Source: Perkinsus chesapeaki ATCC PRA-425 (lineage: Eukaryota > Protista > Perkinsozoa). Taken from it: a stretch of DNA of 64,000 bases. Within the stretch, counting starts at the first letter, position 1; every line of letters starts with the position of its first letter. This document shows positions 47,801 to 60,399 of this stretch, piece after piece. The stretch lies in assembly GCA_013115145.1 (NCBI GenBank), contig JAAPAO010000114.1, positions 8,385 to 72,384 of the forward strand. The letters run 5' to 3'. The notes beneath the pieces are model-generated. The model did not search any database. It was not told the DNA's origin and was given only the letters and a program-made list of their open reading frames with translations. A program made the position numbers and the translations under genes.

Positions 47801-50529
47801 GTTTTGGTTACTGTGATGCGCCCCCAAATGTGTGGCGTATAAAAATTATATAAAATAATAAAATTGTGTGTGTTACTATGTGCAAGAAGGTGATGGTATC
47901 GATTTAGGTGGAGAGTATAGTTCGATCGAAGCACATTCCTCTGGAGGAAGCAAGTGCACTTATGGCAGGTGAATTAAATCGATGATGATGGTGCGATCCA
48001 AAATGTGTGTTATTAGATCGAGGAAATGATAGAGGCTCGCAGCCTCCTCCTCCACCTCCACCACCACCACCATCGGTGCCGCCAGTTGATACTAGTGAAG
48101 TGGTTGTGCCGTGGGTCCCAGGATTGGAGAAGATACCAAGGGATCAGGTAAGGAGGGGCTAAGAGGGGTATACGAGAGTTATACAATATAGAGTTATACA
48201 ATATAGAGTTATACAATATAGAGTTATACAATATAGAGTTATACAGTATAGAGTTATACAGTATAGAGTTATACAATATAGAGTTATACTGTACCACTGT
48301 CGGAGGATTTTACGTTATGTGAATTCGCTAAGGGAGATGAGGTCATTTGGGAAAAGCTAGTTTTGTAGGACTTTTGATTTTATTAATATTTATTTTTTGT
48401 TTGTATTCAACCGTGTGATAGAAGTATCTGATGATAATATGACATTATATAATAATAATGATACTTCTGGTACTATAACTATCTAATAATGTAACTTGTA
48501 AGGTTCAGTGGGGAAGTTTACAGTATGTTTATTAAGAAATGGATGTAGTAGGAATCTCTAAAAACTGTATTAATAAATATTCCTCTCTCTCGCACGAAAT
48601 TGTCGACTCTGTCTTTTGCGGGGTTTCTATTCAAAAATTTGGGACAATAAATTAGAAGGAGATATTTCGCTTTTACTTGCTGTCTTTAGGACTCTGGATT
48701 CCCCCTCATGATGGTCATTGATCGACGTTATTCATCATATATTATTGGTAAGAGCGGTAAGTGTGTGACAGAGATAGAGCACTGTAGTGGAGCCAGAATA
48801 CAGTTTGAGAAGGCTGATCAATTTCCACCTAACCCGAAGGTAAGGGTAATGCAGTCCAATAGTAGTATTACGGCGAGTAATTGCCATCATCATTTGAGAA
48901 TTTAGGATTTAATAAAACTTGAAATTTATTAAAGCTTCATTTTTTGTAAGTTGATATCTGGTCGCAATGAGGTGATGGTACTGAGGGGTACGATGGCGGA
49001 GAAATCACGAGGGATGGTAAAGATATTGGAAATGCTGGACTTGAAAGATGATAAGGTAGGGATAGTAGCATATAATTCTCACGCGCCATGAAAATATTTA
49101 GTTCTCGGAGTTGATGATACCGGCTAATAAGACACGGAATGTGATTGGGAGAGGAGGTGACACTATAAACTGGATATGTAAAACTACAGGTAATATAAAG
49201 GGAAATATAAAGGGAAATATAAAGGGAAATATAAAGGGAAATATAAAGGGGAATATAAAGGGAAATATAAAGGGAAATATAAAGGGGAATATAAAGGGAA
49301 ATATAAAGGGGAATATAAAGGGAATGAGGGGGTTTGGATAGGGTTAACAATGCCTACGGTGCTTCCGCTGCTGCTAGGGGGTTATCCTAAACTTTGTGGT
49401 CGTCTCAGGGTGGTGAGATGCTGCTGTTGATGTTGTTGTTTTGTTAGGGTGTAATGTTCAAGTACAGAAGTGCGATACAGGCGAAATGCCGACACGTTTC
49501 GTTACATTTGAAGGGTCACTGGAGGAAAGGGTAATAAGTGACATTACGGGCATGATATTCTAGTCTTACATATCGGAGCGTAGAGGATTATCGAATGCTT
49601 CCAGACTTTCTTATTGGAAACACATTACCACCAATTTCTAGATCAGATAGTGGTGTGATGATGACAGAGATGTCTCAGATATTTTCACCGTTTGACCTAT
49701 GGGCCATTTTATTTCTATTTTGCAAAGGTCTCACAATTCGCGAGTCATTTGCTATATTCATTTGTAAATTTTAAGTCGTATGATAATGAATAAAAGGATA
49801 AAGCTTGTCCCCCTTTCTGTCAGGTTAAAGCAGCTTTAATGGTTTTGGTAGCAATCGAGCTGAGCTTCATGCCCACATCATCATCACCTCCCGAAGAGCC
49901 GGAGTCAAACAGGAGGGAGCATCACCATCCACATCAAGGGGAGGAATGGGACAGAAACTACAGTCCGGGGAATAAAAAGGCAAGACACCAAGCAGATTAT
50001 CAATCTCATGGACGGTCTACGGAAAGCCCCAGGGTAAATAATTTAGTGGCGCGCGGTAAATGGTTGCTGAGTTAGGGTCATCGTGGTGGTGGTTCGCATA
50101 GTTATGAAGCTGTAAGTGAGTCATGGTCGGAGTACCGTAGGAGAGGGTCGCTTGATAATGCCGCGGTCCAGCTGGGCACCGCTGCGGATCGACTCGGTAA
50201 TGAATATGGTAGATATGTATGAAATGTAATTTCCTATCCCAGGTTCAGATGTGGACCACGATGAAGCGTCCTATTTTTCTGTCGTTGTTGGTCGCAATAC
50301 GGTCAATTCGTGGGTCAAGGCTGGATTTTTAGATGAGTTATCGAGGCGGAGCGGAGCTCATATAGAAATTGGCAAAGATGTATGTGATGAAGGATTTTGT
50401 TGGGGGGGACGTACGTTTTTACACAAAGTGTGGATCAGTAATGAACTTCGGTGGGAAAAGTATGTGCTTGAGAAGAATATTCCGCCGACTGGTTATAATG
50501 ATTTAATTCCTCCCTGCTCCAGCACCTAG
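44814..50529 (+). CDS. Multi-KH-domain RNA-binding protein with acidic low-complexity N-terminus (multi-exon; ends approximate)
   Basis: KH motifs: YIIGKSGKCVTEIEHCSGARIQF (~48735); IPANKTRNVIGRGGDTINWICKTT|GCNVQVQK...RFVTFEG (49115-49530); degenerate LDSRGQRLRALEGEYHCE (~46610); GNPQQVDTAVTKLLEML (~45943). Confidence 0.72.
48176..48289. repeat. 15-bp minisatellite (GAGTTATACAATATA) x ~7.6, intronic
   Basis: Direct tandem units visible; lies just after donor cag|gtaagg at ~48148. Confidence 0.95.
49189..49320. repeat. 12-bp minisatellite (GGAAATATAAAG) x 11, intronic
   Basis: Tandem units. The first unit (GGTAATATAAAG) contains the GT donor of the KH-gene intron 49190-~49447. Confidence 0.95.
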
Positions 50530-51423
50530 TAGGATAGTCGTTGATGAGCCCGTTAACTGTGTTGCTGAAGAAGCCTCAGGAAAAACACGAACTACTGATT
50601 GACACGTCGTTGAATTGGTCAGTTGCTGCAAATTATTGGTTATCGAGTTGTTGTTTTGTACTTGATATATATTTAATGGTTTGATTATTATAGTATAATA
50701 CTTCACCAGATGTAAATTATGAGTCAATTATAGTGTTCTACATAAAGAGCTATTTGTACAAGTATAAAATAAAGCCTATATAATACTCCTCCCTTCTGTT
50801 TAGGTTCCTCAAACCATGGATCGTCAACTGCTGTTGAGTGGAACTATTCTTCAGAACTCATTAGCGTGTTTGTACATTCAAGCTAAGCTCTTATCCGGGT
50901 AGTAGTATGGTGGAGGGCATCAGTTTTTATGTCTGATAATAATAATAATCATAATAATAATCCAGTATACATTTAATATGAAGAATATATGTTGGTTGAT
51001 AATGATGATGAGGAGGTAGAAGAAGAAGGGAATTGTCGTACACTGACGGCCTTAGCAACTTCGGATGGTGACCATTTTCTAGAATTCATAAAATGTGCCG
51101 AGTTCAGTTGTTGAAGTTGGGAATTTGACCATTTTAATGCATATTGAAGCATTAACATGTGTTGACATTAACATTGAATCACCGGTATTCACCGCTTATT
51201 AGAGTTCTAGTAGAGAGACCATCACGGCGGTCGCTCGATATTAACAACAATGCCAACCGGCCAAATCCTGTTTTACGATTAGGGTTGTGCAAATTATTCA
51301 TGTTCACTCAACCAGTACATACAGTTTTCGGCACTACATATTGTATCCCTTATGAACCTGAACCGCGACCGTGCACTCGCCGATTGGGTACATTGTTGAC
51401 AGCTTGATATAGTTTTGTTTCTC

Positions 51424-54400
51424 ATGTTTGTCATAGCTCGACGGTTGAGTATTGGACGGATAAGGGGTAGACGGCAGTTATCCACGACGAGTAATAAGAA
51501 GGACCCATACAGTATCATGGGGCTCTCACCAGCAGCGTCACATAAGGAAATTAAGGAAAAGTTCAGAGAGCTTGCGAAAAAGTAATAATTACGGCGACAT
51601 GATCTCTATCTTATTATATAATTGTAAAGCGGTATTTATATTATAAAGCGGTAAGATATTTTTCAACGTCCATCGCTCTTGACCCTTTTCATTGGGTACC
51701 TTTCGGAAACCTCGGCACTGATTACAACGTCCAGTGCATAATCACTGCTCCTGGTAGAATGCTCCATTCGGAATGCTTCTCGCTCCTCCAGATGGCGTCG
51801 TAAATGCTATAATATGTAGCTACGTCGCAGAGAAGGTGGTGTGCCCTACATCACTAACTAGCAAAACTCCTGCAGTTAGATGGAGACCATAGAGATTCTT
51901 CATAGTGTCTTCAATTGTATGGACCCCTGCGCAGGGTCGAAAATGCACAAGGCAAGTTTTCTGAGGGTTAGGGTTGGGTGACTTGGATCTCATCGGAGGG
52001 GTTAGCAAGTAAAAAAGACTCATTTCACGAAGGGAAATAAATCGATAACCTAGATGCCCGAAGAAATGGGCAGATACCACCCCGATCGCAATCCGGATGA
52101 CCCGGAGGCACAGACTCGAATGGCGAGTCTAACTGATGCATACGCGATATTAACGGACCCCAAAAAACGGGCAATGCATGATAGAGAGCAACGGGATACG
52201 CGAAATGGTAGGAGGGAGGTGCATTCGATGGAAGTCTAATGTATGGAGCAGGGTCCAGTGGGAGTACTACAGCAAGTAGCACTGGTGCAGCAAGTAATGC
52301 AGGGGACTGGCATCACGATCCTAGTCAGATGTTCAGCGAATTCTCTAAAGTGATACAGAGGGGTATTCATTCAGAAATGATAGGGAAGATTGGTAGGTAT
52401 TCGGACGACAGGCAAAGTATCGTCAAGCAGGACAGGTTTCACAGCGAGGAGATGATATCACTACCGAGATTGAGGTGGGCATGAAATTGTCAATTTCAAA
52501 TTGACCGTTATTCGGAGCTATCGACTGCCTAACTCAGCGGAGCTATATAATTCCCTTACCAGATACTTTCTTGTAGTACTCAACAAAATGGAACTATTTC
52601 AGTCTTATATACGTATGTTCTAACCTTGATCGGCTATCAGTGTTCGCTTAGTCCAATTGCAGCTGATTATTTGTTCTTCAACAGATAAGGACGTAAGTTA
52701 GCGCTATTAACCTACGTGTTTAGTATTCATTGTAATTTGCGAAGTAGAAGATTAAGCACTGACGACAAGCTTCCGTTTCCTATACCGATATCATCTTAAT
52801 ATGGTTGTTAGGTGTCGTTTATGGAGGCCATGCGAGGAAGCACAAGAACAGTGGCGCTATCATGCCGACAGGGATGTGATACTTGTAATGGTAGTGGTGC
52901 AGCAGCTGGCACGGGATGGACCATGTAGATAGATCGGCGGCCGGTGGCGAATTAACGAATTGAATCAGGTGCCGACAATGCAAAGGAACGGGAACTGTGC
53001 GGGTTGAGAGAGGAATCATGACAATGGGTAATAGTTACTGGGATTCTCTGGCCGATTCAACTTCCTAACTGTAAGTGGTCTTGATAACTCCCAAGAAGAG
53101 ACTAACCCCATGTAAACGAAAATGACAGGTTTCGAATGGTGTGAGTCTCGGGTCCCATGTTGATAGGTATGTTCCTTAGTTAATTACCACCCTGCTTTGC
53201 TCCTAGTTCAACTGTTTTGGACTGCCATGAAATACAGCTTCAACATTTTCCTCAATTCCATGGTCTTGTGAAGTTTAAGGCTTGGTCCTTAACTCTCTCA
53301 TTTTGTCAGGGATGCCGTGTAATACGTGCTCGGGTTCCGGTCAGACTTTGGACCACCCGTGCCGAAGTTGTAGAGGGGAAGGAGCGATGGTTCGTCGAAA
53401 AGATGTAGTTTATCTAGAATATTGGTTAAGATGACGTTAGACATTTCCATTTAAGGTGCTTGTATCTATACCTGCTGGGGCACGGCAGTTTACTGAATTG
53501 CGGTTACCTGGTTTGGGCCACTGTGGATTGCGTGGAGGGAGAAGTGGCGATTTGTTTGTTACTATAAAAGTGAAGGAGCATGATAGGTTCCGGCGAGTTG
53601 ATGAAGATGTAATAACTTGTGGAGAGCTGGATCAGCTTGGCGCTTTTTAACCATCAATTCCTAGTGCAGTAGTTTTTCGACCAGACACTCTCAGTATCTT
53701 ACGGTTTCCTTGCCGATCGGACAAGATAACATGGAGCAAATATTTAATCGTGCTATGTACAGGAAGTCACGATGAGTTCCTGTGACTTCCTATCATCATT
53801 GATGACTCATCAAGAGATGACTCAGTCATCTGTTGTTTTCATACACGTATTCCCCGGCTTCCAATGCGGAGATAAAATGGGAACTGTGATAGGTAACATG
53901 TTCCTAAAGGAAATAGCAAATACTGATGTTACCCTATTACTGATTTGTACTTACTTTGATCAGGTGCATTTAACAGTACCGGTGACGCTCTGCCAAGCGC
54001 TTCTGGGTGGGACAGTAGAAATACCAAGCTTGACGTCAGACAAGGATATAATCAAATTACAGATTCCCCCTAATACCCTGCCTGGTATTTAGAATTTGTT
54101 GAGTCATGGCATGAGCATTTCGGTAACTAATTATCCTGCTCCCTTAGGAAATAGTCGCATAATCCGTGGAAAAGGACCACCCAAGTTGATTGCCGGTAAG
54201 TCGGTAAGCAAGGCGGCTTCTTCGGTCCTCGGTGAGGCAGATAAATCCCTTCAATCGCTCCCGGTTGCGATTTTATCACCACTGTTCCACTGCATAGGTT
54301 GGATGAATGTTTAGTGACATGCTTCCTTACAGGATCCTCAACCGATTCGTCCTCTAATCCAAGAGGGAATTTAGTGCTACACTTTTCGCTGTCACTGCCT

Positions 54401-54529
54401 GAGAGATTGTCTCCACGTCAAGAGGCTATCATAAGAGAGTTCGATGAGATCGAGCAAGAGGCTAGGCATCGGAGATCAAGCGGCGGTCGTACAGAAAATA
54501 CTAGCCAGGTGATATTCATTGCTCCTTGA
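51424..54529 (+). CDS. dnaJ: Type I DnaJ/Hsp40 co-chaperone, probably mitochondrial (Mdj1/DNAJA3-like), multi-exon
   Basis: Arg-rich presequence MFVIARRLSIGRIRGRRQLST. J domain DPYSIMGL...FRELAKK|YHPDRNPDD...AYAILTDPKKRAMHD. Zinc repeats CDTCNGSG and CRQCKGTG. C-terminal GDLFVTIKVKEHDRFRR, TLCQALLGGTVEIPSL, RGNLVLHF. Confidence 0.9.
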
Positions 54530-55579
54530 GTTGTATTGCTTCCAAGCTGCATATTCGGGAATTAGTGCTGTGTGTCTGTGCTGTGCTCTCTACGTTATGT
54601 GGGGTTGTTTTAGGATACTAGTAGAAAGGCTGCAGCCACTGCTGAGTGATGACAGCTTACCGCCGGAAGTCATGTTTCTTGTTCAAGGTTTCTGAACTTG
54701 CCAAGCCTTAATTGCGTTGTCACTAACGGAGCTTGTGACTTCTGGGAAGTCGCTTTCCCGCGGAATCGTTGAGTCTGGATCGGCGTCGCCGGTTCGTCGA
54801 TGCGGTTAGCCGTCAGTCAATCTTGGTCTGTCCAAGATAGTCAGGATGCAGAATCCGCGCCTGCTTTGCCGCGAAGCAGAAGCTAAAGCCGCTGCGGCTT
54901 CCAACCCATTTTATATAGTGAAGTTTATGTTGACAAGGCCGCCTCTCACGGTAGGGTGGATCCCGCATTAGGTAATCCAAAAACCACCAAATCATCTGCG
55001 TATAATGAGGATCCAAATGAGCCATGTTTCATTATTAGATTTAGCATCTGAATTGTCCAATGAAGGAATCAACCCAACCATGCGGCTCGCAGCACCTCGT
55101 GCTCCGGCACCTGAATCACCGCTGAGTTAGCGGCGCTAACTCACCGATTCATACATAACGTAAGTAGTATCTAATATGGTATTGCCACAACAGGAAGGGA
55201 GCCCCAGATTTCGCCTTCCTGGGGCATGTTCCCCTCAGCGAATGAGGCCCTAAATACACAAACGTGTATTTACGGGGCCGGTCGATTGGCATCGGTCACT
55301 TTGACCAAATCGGTCAGACCGATGTGTGTAAACCAACAAACTAACGTTTTTGTTTAATGATATTACATTCATATGCAGAAATGGGTATCTCCATTGGCGA
55401 TGAAGATACCATCACTGATGGTCCATCAGTTGAGGGGCGATGTATCATCCCTACCTTTAGTGGGATCATGAGACATTGAATGGTTGTCGTCAGTATAACT
55501 AATAGTTATTAACTATCAACTATCTATAACTGCCGATGACTCATCGAAATATCCTGGAGATTCCAGTGAACTTCGTGCT

Positions 55580-56150
55580 ATGACCAGAGCGGTTGTTTCC
55601 AAGTTGCCTCCCGAGCTCGCCAAGCAGGTTCTGAACCGCATACGAACTACGTATGCGGCCCTCGAGGGTGGTTCCGTTTGTGAAGTGAGTGATGAAGGGT
55701 ATACTGACTGGGAGTCCTTGCTTCCTCTGGTTAGTGATGACTCGGTTAGCGTTTCTGATATAATCAGGTCGGTGTGCAGGTCAGCTGAAGATTATACCTC
55801 TTTAGAAGGAGTACGACCCCCCAGGCTAACTACGTCCACTACCATGCCCAGCCCAGCGAAGTCCTTTGGTTCTCAAGACCGGTTGTACCAGGTCAGCGAG
55901 TATCCGAGTTTAAGTGACGTCGAAACTCGATGTAAGACAGTCTACTTTGGATCAGGGTTAGCTGCTGAAAGCCCAACCCGGCTCTTCTCTCAAGGAGCTT
56001 ACCGGTGCGGACCCTATTCTTTGTGGCAGAAGTCGACATAAGAAGTCCTATTGTGTATTTGGCTTCAACGAAGCTAACCATGGTATTGATCTATCTACAC
56101 TTGGTGGGGAACTACGAGTACGCCCTTATAGGCCTAAGGGTGATATTGGT
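55580..56150 (+). pseudogene. Possible degenerate gag fragment of an LTR/DIRS-type retroelement
   Basis: Intronless 153-aa ORF followed in another frame by ILCGRSRHRSPI, resembling a decayed CCHC knuckle. An RT-RNaseH relic lies 3 kb downstream on the same strand. Confidence 0.3.
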
Positions 56151-56360
56151 AACAAGTCGAGTCCGCCATCTTTAAGTGGTTCATATGAAGGTCTGCCGAC
56201 GAGTTCTATGTCAAAAAACTAATGTTGGCGCGTGACACGTCATCGCGAGTGAGATGCGGTGACGATCGATGCCAGGCAATATCTCACTATTCTTCTTCAC
56301 ATAGTGAAGACGGTATCAGAGTTATGAAGAATTTGGAGAGTACGATTCCTTCGGAGATCA

Positions 56361-56618
56361 TTATGCATGTTCGATTTTTATTGTCTTAGGGCCATCATCA
56401 GGGTTCACGACTGCCTTAGGGGCATCATCAGGGTTCACGACAGCCTTAGGGGCATCATCAGCGTTCACGACAGTCTTAGGGGCATCATCAGGGTTCACGA
56501 CAGCCTTTGGGACATCATAAGGGTTTTCGACAGCCTTAGGGACATCATTAGGGTTTACGACAGTCTCAATCAGCCAGTCCCAAACTCCGCCAGACTGTAC
56601 TCCATCCGCGGGTGAGGC
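56361..56618 (-). CDS. Terminal exon encoding six 10-aa repeats ([AT]VVNPDDAPK); not in the ORF track
   Basis: 30-bp x 6 repeat at 56385-56564. Minus-strand exon of 86 codons (ASPADGVQSGGVWDWLIE, repeats, TIKIEHA*), preceded by a 43-nt GT-AG intron (56661-56619) and an in-phase exon ending TDGEEKKEEAGGK. Confidence 0.6.
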   Translation of the reverse strand, partial: ASPADGVQSGGVWDWLIETVVNPNDVPKAVENPYDVPKAVVNPDDAPKTVVNADDAPKAVVNPDDAPKAVVNPDDGPKTIKIEHA

Positions 56619-56940
56619 CTAATCGCCCAGATTGAGTGCTACTGAGAGTGCGGCGAGTGACCTTCCCTCCAGCCTCCTCTTTTTTTTCTTCTCCGTCAGT
56701 AATAGTAAGGAAGTAAGGGGTGAAAAGCACAAGTCAGGGAAATTTCGTGGCGCGCAAGAATTTAATGCTACTGGCAGTACCTGCCCTTTCAATTATTACC
56801 TTTGTGCCTAGATGTATGTGCCACAGCTCTGGGTGGATGTAGGGGTATTCTCCATATAGTCTAAGCCTTATTTTAATCTGTTGTCAACACTCAGGCAGCA
56901 GCCTTTGGTGCGACGGTCGCACTGCGACCTCTGTTTTGCG

Positions 56941-57018
56941 GGAGGGTTTAGTGTAGTGGTAGGATATGTGCTTTAAGACCGTTAGGTCGCACGTTCGAAC
57001 CTCGATTATAACTTTTTT
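56941..57018 (+). pseudogene. tRNA-derived pseudogene or SINE head
   Basis: A box TAGTGTAGTGGT, B box CGTTCGAACC, then a T6 run; stems do not pair fully. Confidence 0.55.
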
Positions 57019-57300
57019 CCCTATTAACTTTTAGCAATGCCTTGAGGTGGCTCAAGGAATTACTCGATTCACTACTCTACTAGCTCTAACGATCACTTTT
57101 CATTTACTCATTTACGTATTTTTCCAGAGGAATGTGTACCCAACAGTGCAATTGTGCTGAGATCTTACAATCTCATACAAATGATCTACTCTCTGTTATT
57201 GAATCCGGTTCTTCCACAGTTCCCAGGTATTTTTTACGCTCCTAATCTCAATCATTACTTTACTCTAAGTCTGTGTGTTTTCAGGTGTATTTGCGAATCC

Positions 57301-58230
57301 TAGGGGTGGGCACTAGTTCCGGTCCGGTCGGTCCGGTTGGTCCGGTCCGGTCCGGCATGTCGGACCGGACCGGACTAACTCGATGAGTCCGGTCCGGAAG
57401 TTGCGGGTTCGATCCCCGCGCCTCGCTTTTTTCCATAATTTTTGGTATTTCAACTTGGAAGTTTCAAGCGAGCCCCAATACTCAAAACTCTCATTCAGAG
57501 CCCCCCGTATATAGGAAAAGCATAAAAATCATGGTCTCACGGTCTTTGTTATTGTTGAGTGAATCATTTGCCGGGGCGACTCGCGTGCTCGGAGCACGTT
57601 ACAGTTTATCTCGAGATTTCATGGCCTCCCATACAGAAAGCTCTGGCAACGCACGCAGGAATGCAGGGCTGCCCCCCGATATATGGCTGCCACCGCGACT
57701 GATAAAGGACCCAGAGCCTTTGGACGACTCAATGGTTTCCGAGGAATGCCTCGACGATCTCGCTAGCGATGGGAGCTCCGAGGAGGGCAAGGCCCCCCAC
57801 AGTTCAGCAGAAGGAGAAAGCGACAACCAGCTTGTAGTTGGTCCCTCAAAAGAGAATGGCAGGAAAGGTAGTAGCTTCGGGACTTGACAGATCGGTACGC
57901 GATTTAGGAACAATTCGTGTGTTTGAAATCCATACGAGCACGGCCCGGCGGGCCGGGCCCGCGAACGGAAGTTATGATTTTTATGTTCTCTCACGAACCA
58001 TAGTTGCGGGCCACAACGTGTGCAGTCTATATCATCTTCGTTTTCTATCTCCAGTTCATGTGTTCCTCTATTCAGGTCCTTCTAGATTTGACAAGGAATT
58101 CTCTCATCAGTTCAAGATGGTCACTATTGGAGGAAAGACCAAAGTCGAATGCAAATTCTGTCATCGGCAATTGTCATGGTCCAATGGCAGCTACAAAGCT
58201 CTCGAGCGGCACAAAATTAACCCGTTAATG
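57301..58230 (+). mobile_element. hAT-like DNA transposon 5' fragment
   Basis: TAGGGGTGGGCA terminus, subterminal GGTCC/GGACC repeats (57321-57396), an acidic N-terminal ORF (57531-57887) and a BED-finger-like exon KVECKFCHRQLSWSNGSYKALERH (~58140-58212). No DDE core or second TIR seen. Confidence 0.6.
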
Positions 58231-58998
58231 TTGGGGTTGTACGAAGTACAACTTGCTAAAGGGACTCATGTCTTCTGCCTTACGCATTTTGCACCATCCC
58301 AGTCTTTCTCAAATGTACAAAGAGGTAGTCTTTCGCACGTCCCTAGTAGCAGTTTACTACTTCAGCTTGTCCTTCATTTAAGGTATATTTATCGCGTAAA
58401 AATGACGAAAAACAGGCCCACACGATCATGCTCGAAACATTAGGGTATCGTTGGGAGTACAGGTAGTACCTATGTTCTATTTCTTTTTGTCAAAAGTCAA
58501 TGACTTGACTTTTCTTAGGTTCTTCTTGCAATGCAAAGAGTGACCTTGCCCTTGCAAAGAGTGCGTGCATTTGCAGTGTGCGCGCTATTACATTGACCGA
58601 TATCTCGGTGACTTATATGATCTTTGCGACTGTGATTTTTGTTCATCGATTGTTGAAAAGTGGCGATGAAAACCTCCTACAATTTCATCGCTTCATTATT
58701 TCCTGCGCTTTCTGTCTACTAACATAACGCGAGTCACATTCCTCTATTTTTCATTTTATAACTATCCATCTACAAAATGTACTATACACTATGTATTTTC
58801 ATTTATTCGAGCTACTTCAAACTATTGAAGTTTATTTGAAGTTTCTCAAATATGGCAATATAATTCATAGTAGTACATAAAAATAACAAAATTCTTCATG
58901 ACGTAGCAAAAAAGAACTCAAATCGCAAAATATAATTTGTATAACTTGTTCGAATACTATCATACCTAACATTTCTACTTAAGACTCCTATCCATAAC

Positions 58999-60211
58999 GT
59001 GTTTATTTGTTTGTTTGTGGATGACTACTATTTTGCAGGTCGGTCTGCGTATGAGGTGGTTCATGACTTGGCCCTATGGTTATCCCTGCTTGAAAGATTG
59101 GGACAGTATACTCCTCTCCGTAAATTTTCGGTCACTTGCTCTCAGGATGTTCGTGATGACCTTAAGGCTGAGTTACAGTCACGTCATTTAACGGTTGAGG
59201 TAGAGTCTGAAAGCGATTATTTGGGCATCCATTATAGTTATGATGAAGTCAGTTTTTGGGAGAAAAAAATTTGCAAGAAGGTATTGTACTTGAGTGTCGT
59301 CGAATGTCTCGCCTAAGGGTGGTTCTGAGTGTGGTCAACGAGGTCCTTGGAAAAGGGCATTTTTCTCGTCGGGAAATGTTTAAGCTCACTGGTAACCTCG
59401 GGTTTGATCCCCTATTACAACAACCTGTTGAGAGAGCAATTGCTGATGCAATAAGATCTACCACTGGTGCAGTTGGAGCTTCGTGGGATGATATGGTTTC
59501 CTTGGATAACAACCAGTTCGAGCCCCTCCAGGAACTGTTGAAATGGACTAGAGAGTTGTGTATGACGCTTGAAGAATGTAAACATTATTCTATATTAAAT
59601 GGTGTATCCAATGGTAATCCAATTGTTCTATATGTAGCAACTGATGCAAGCTTGGTTGGCGGCGGTTTTGTCATGAAGGTGGCAGCTGACTGTGTTGCTG
59701 GTGTCTCTCAAAACTTGGTTAATCTTCGACAGGAATGTCTAAGATGGTCTAAGACTCAGCAAAACTGGCATAGTAATAGAAGAGAGCTGTATGTGATCCT
59801 GAAAGCACTGCAGGCTGTTTCTGACTTAGTCGCATCCTGTAAGTCTGTATGTATACGCAAGTGTATTGTATTTAAGGTGTATCTAGCTTGTGACAACAAG
59901 CCCTCTGTTAACTGGTTGGTGAGATCCACAGCGGGTGCCGTATCTCGCTCTAAGGCTTGGGAGCGAAGGGCCCTAAGCCGAGTCGGCTTAGCCGACTAGG
60001 TGCGTGTGCTGATGAGTGTATGGCTGTTCGTGCGGCCATACCAGGTTCTACCATTCAAGTTGATCATGTACAAGGAAAACTTAATAAAGAGGCCGATGAG
60101 CTATCCCGCATATTCGAGCGCGCTTGCTCTTTATGTTCGGGATTCAGCATTACTATAGGTGCAAGTCTTATATCCCATTTCAGCGCGCGCAGGACTGCCT
60201 CACTGAAATAG
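58999..60211 (+). mobile_element. Degenerate RT-RNase H fragment of an LTR- or DIRS-type retroelement
   Basis: LFVDD and DYLGI (RT 3' half); VATDAS, WHSNRRELYVIL, LACDNK, HVQGKLNKEADELSR (RNase H). Split over three frames; RT 5' half and integrase absent. Confidence 0.8.
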
Positions 60212-60399
60212 AATACTATTGAGAAAAATACAGCACGATCTACAAATCCATAGCTCCTCTGTTGTTACTCCACCATGTATATAATATTATAATTATGATA
60301 ACAATCTGTAAAATGCGTCGCGAAGGCCTCACATGGGTGTCGTTTGGATGGACGCTGCGTTTCCAGTTTGTTTAAGAATTTGTGTCTCCTTTGTATGAT

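Noticed and set aside
49111-49341. GNIK x 11 peptide repeat inside the KH protein
   Set aside because: A GT donor at 49190 and an exon at ~49448 complete the KH domain (KTT-GCNVQVQK), so the repeat is intronic.
56306-56317. GGTATCAGAG resembling a tRNA-Met primer-binding site
   Set aside because: Lacks the initial T, lies downstream of the gag-like ORF, and has no adjacent LTR.
56385-56564. Tandem repeats as CRISPR arrays (also 48176 and 49189)
   Set aside because: Units abut with no unique spacers, there are no cas genes, and the context is eukaryotic.
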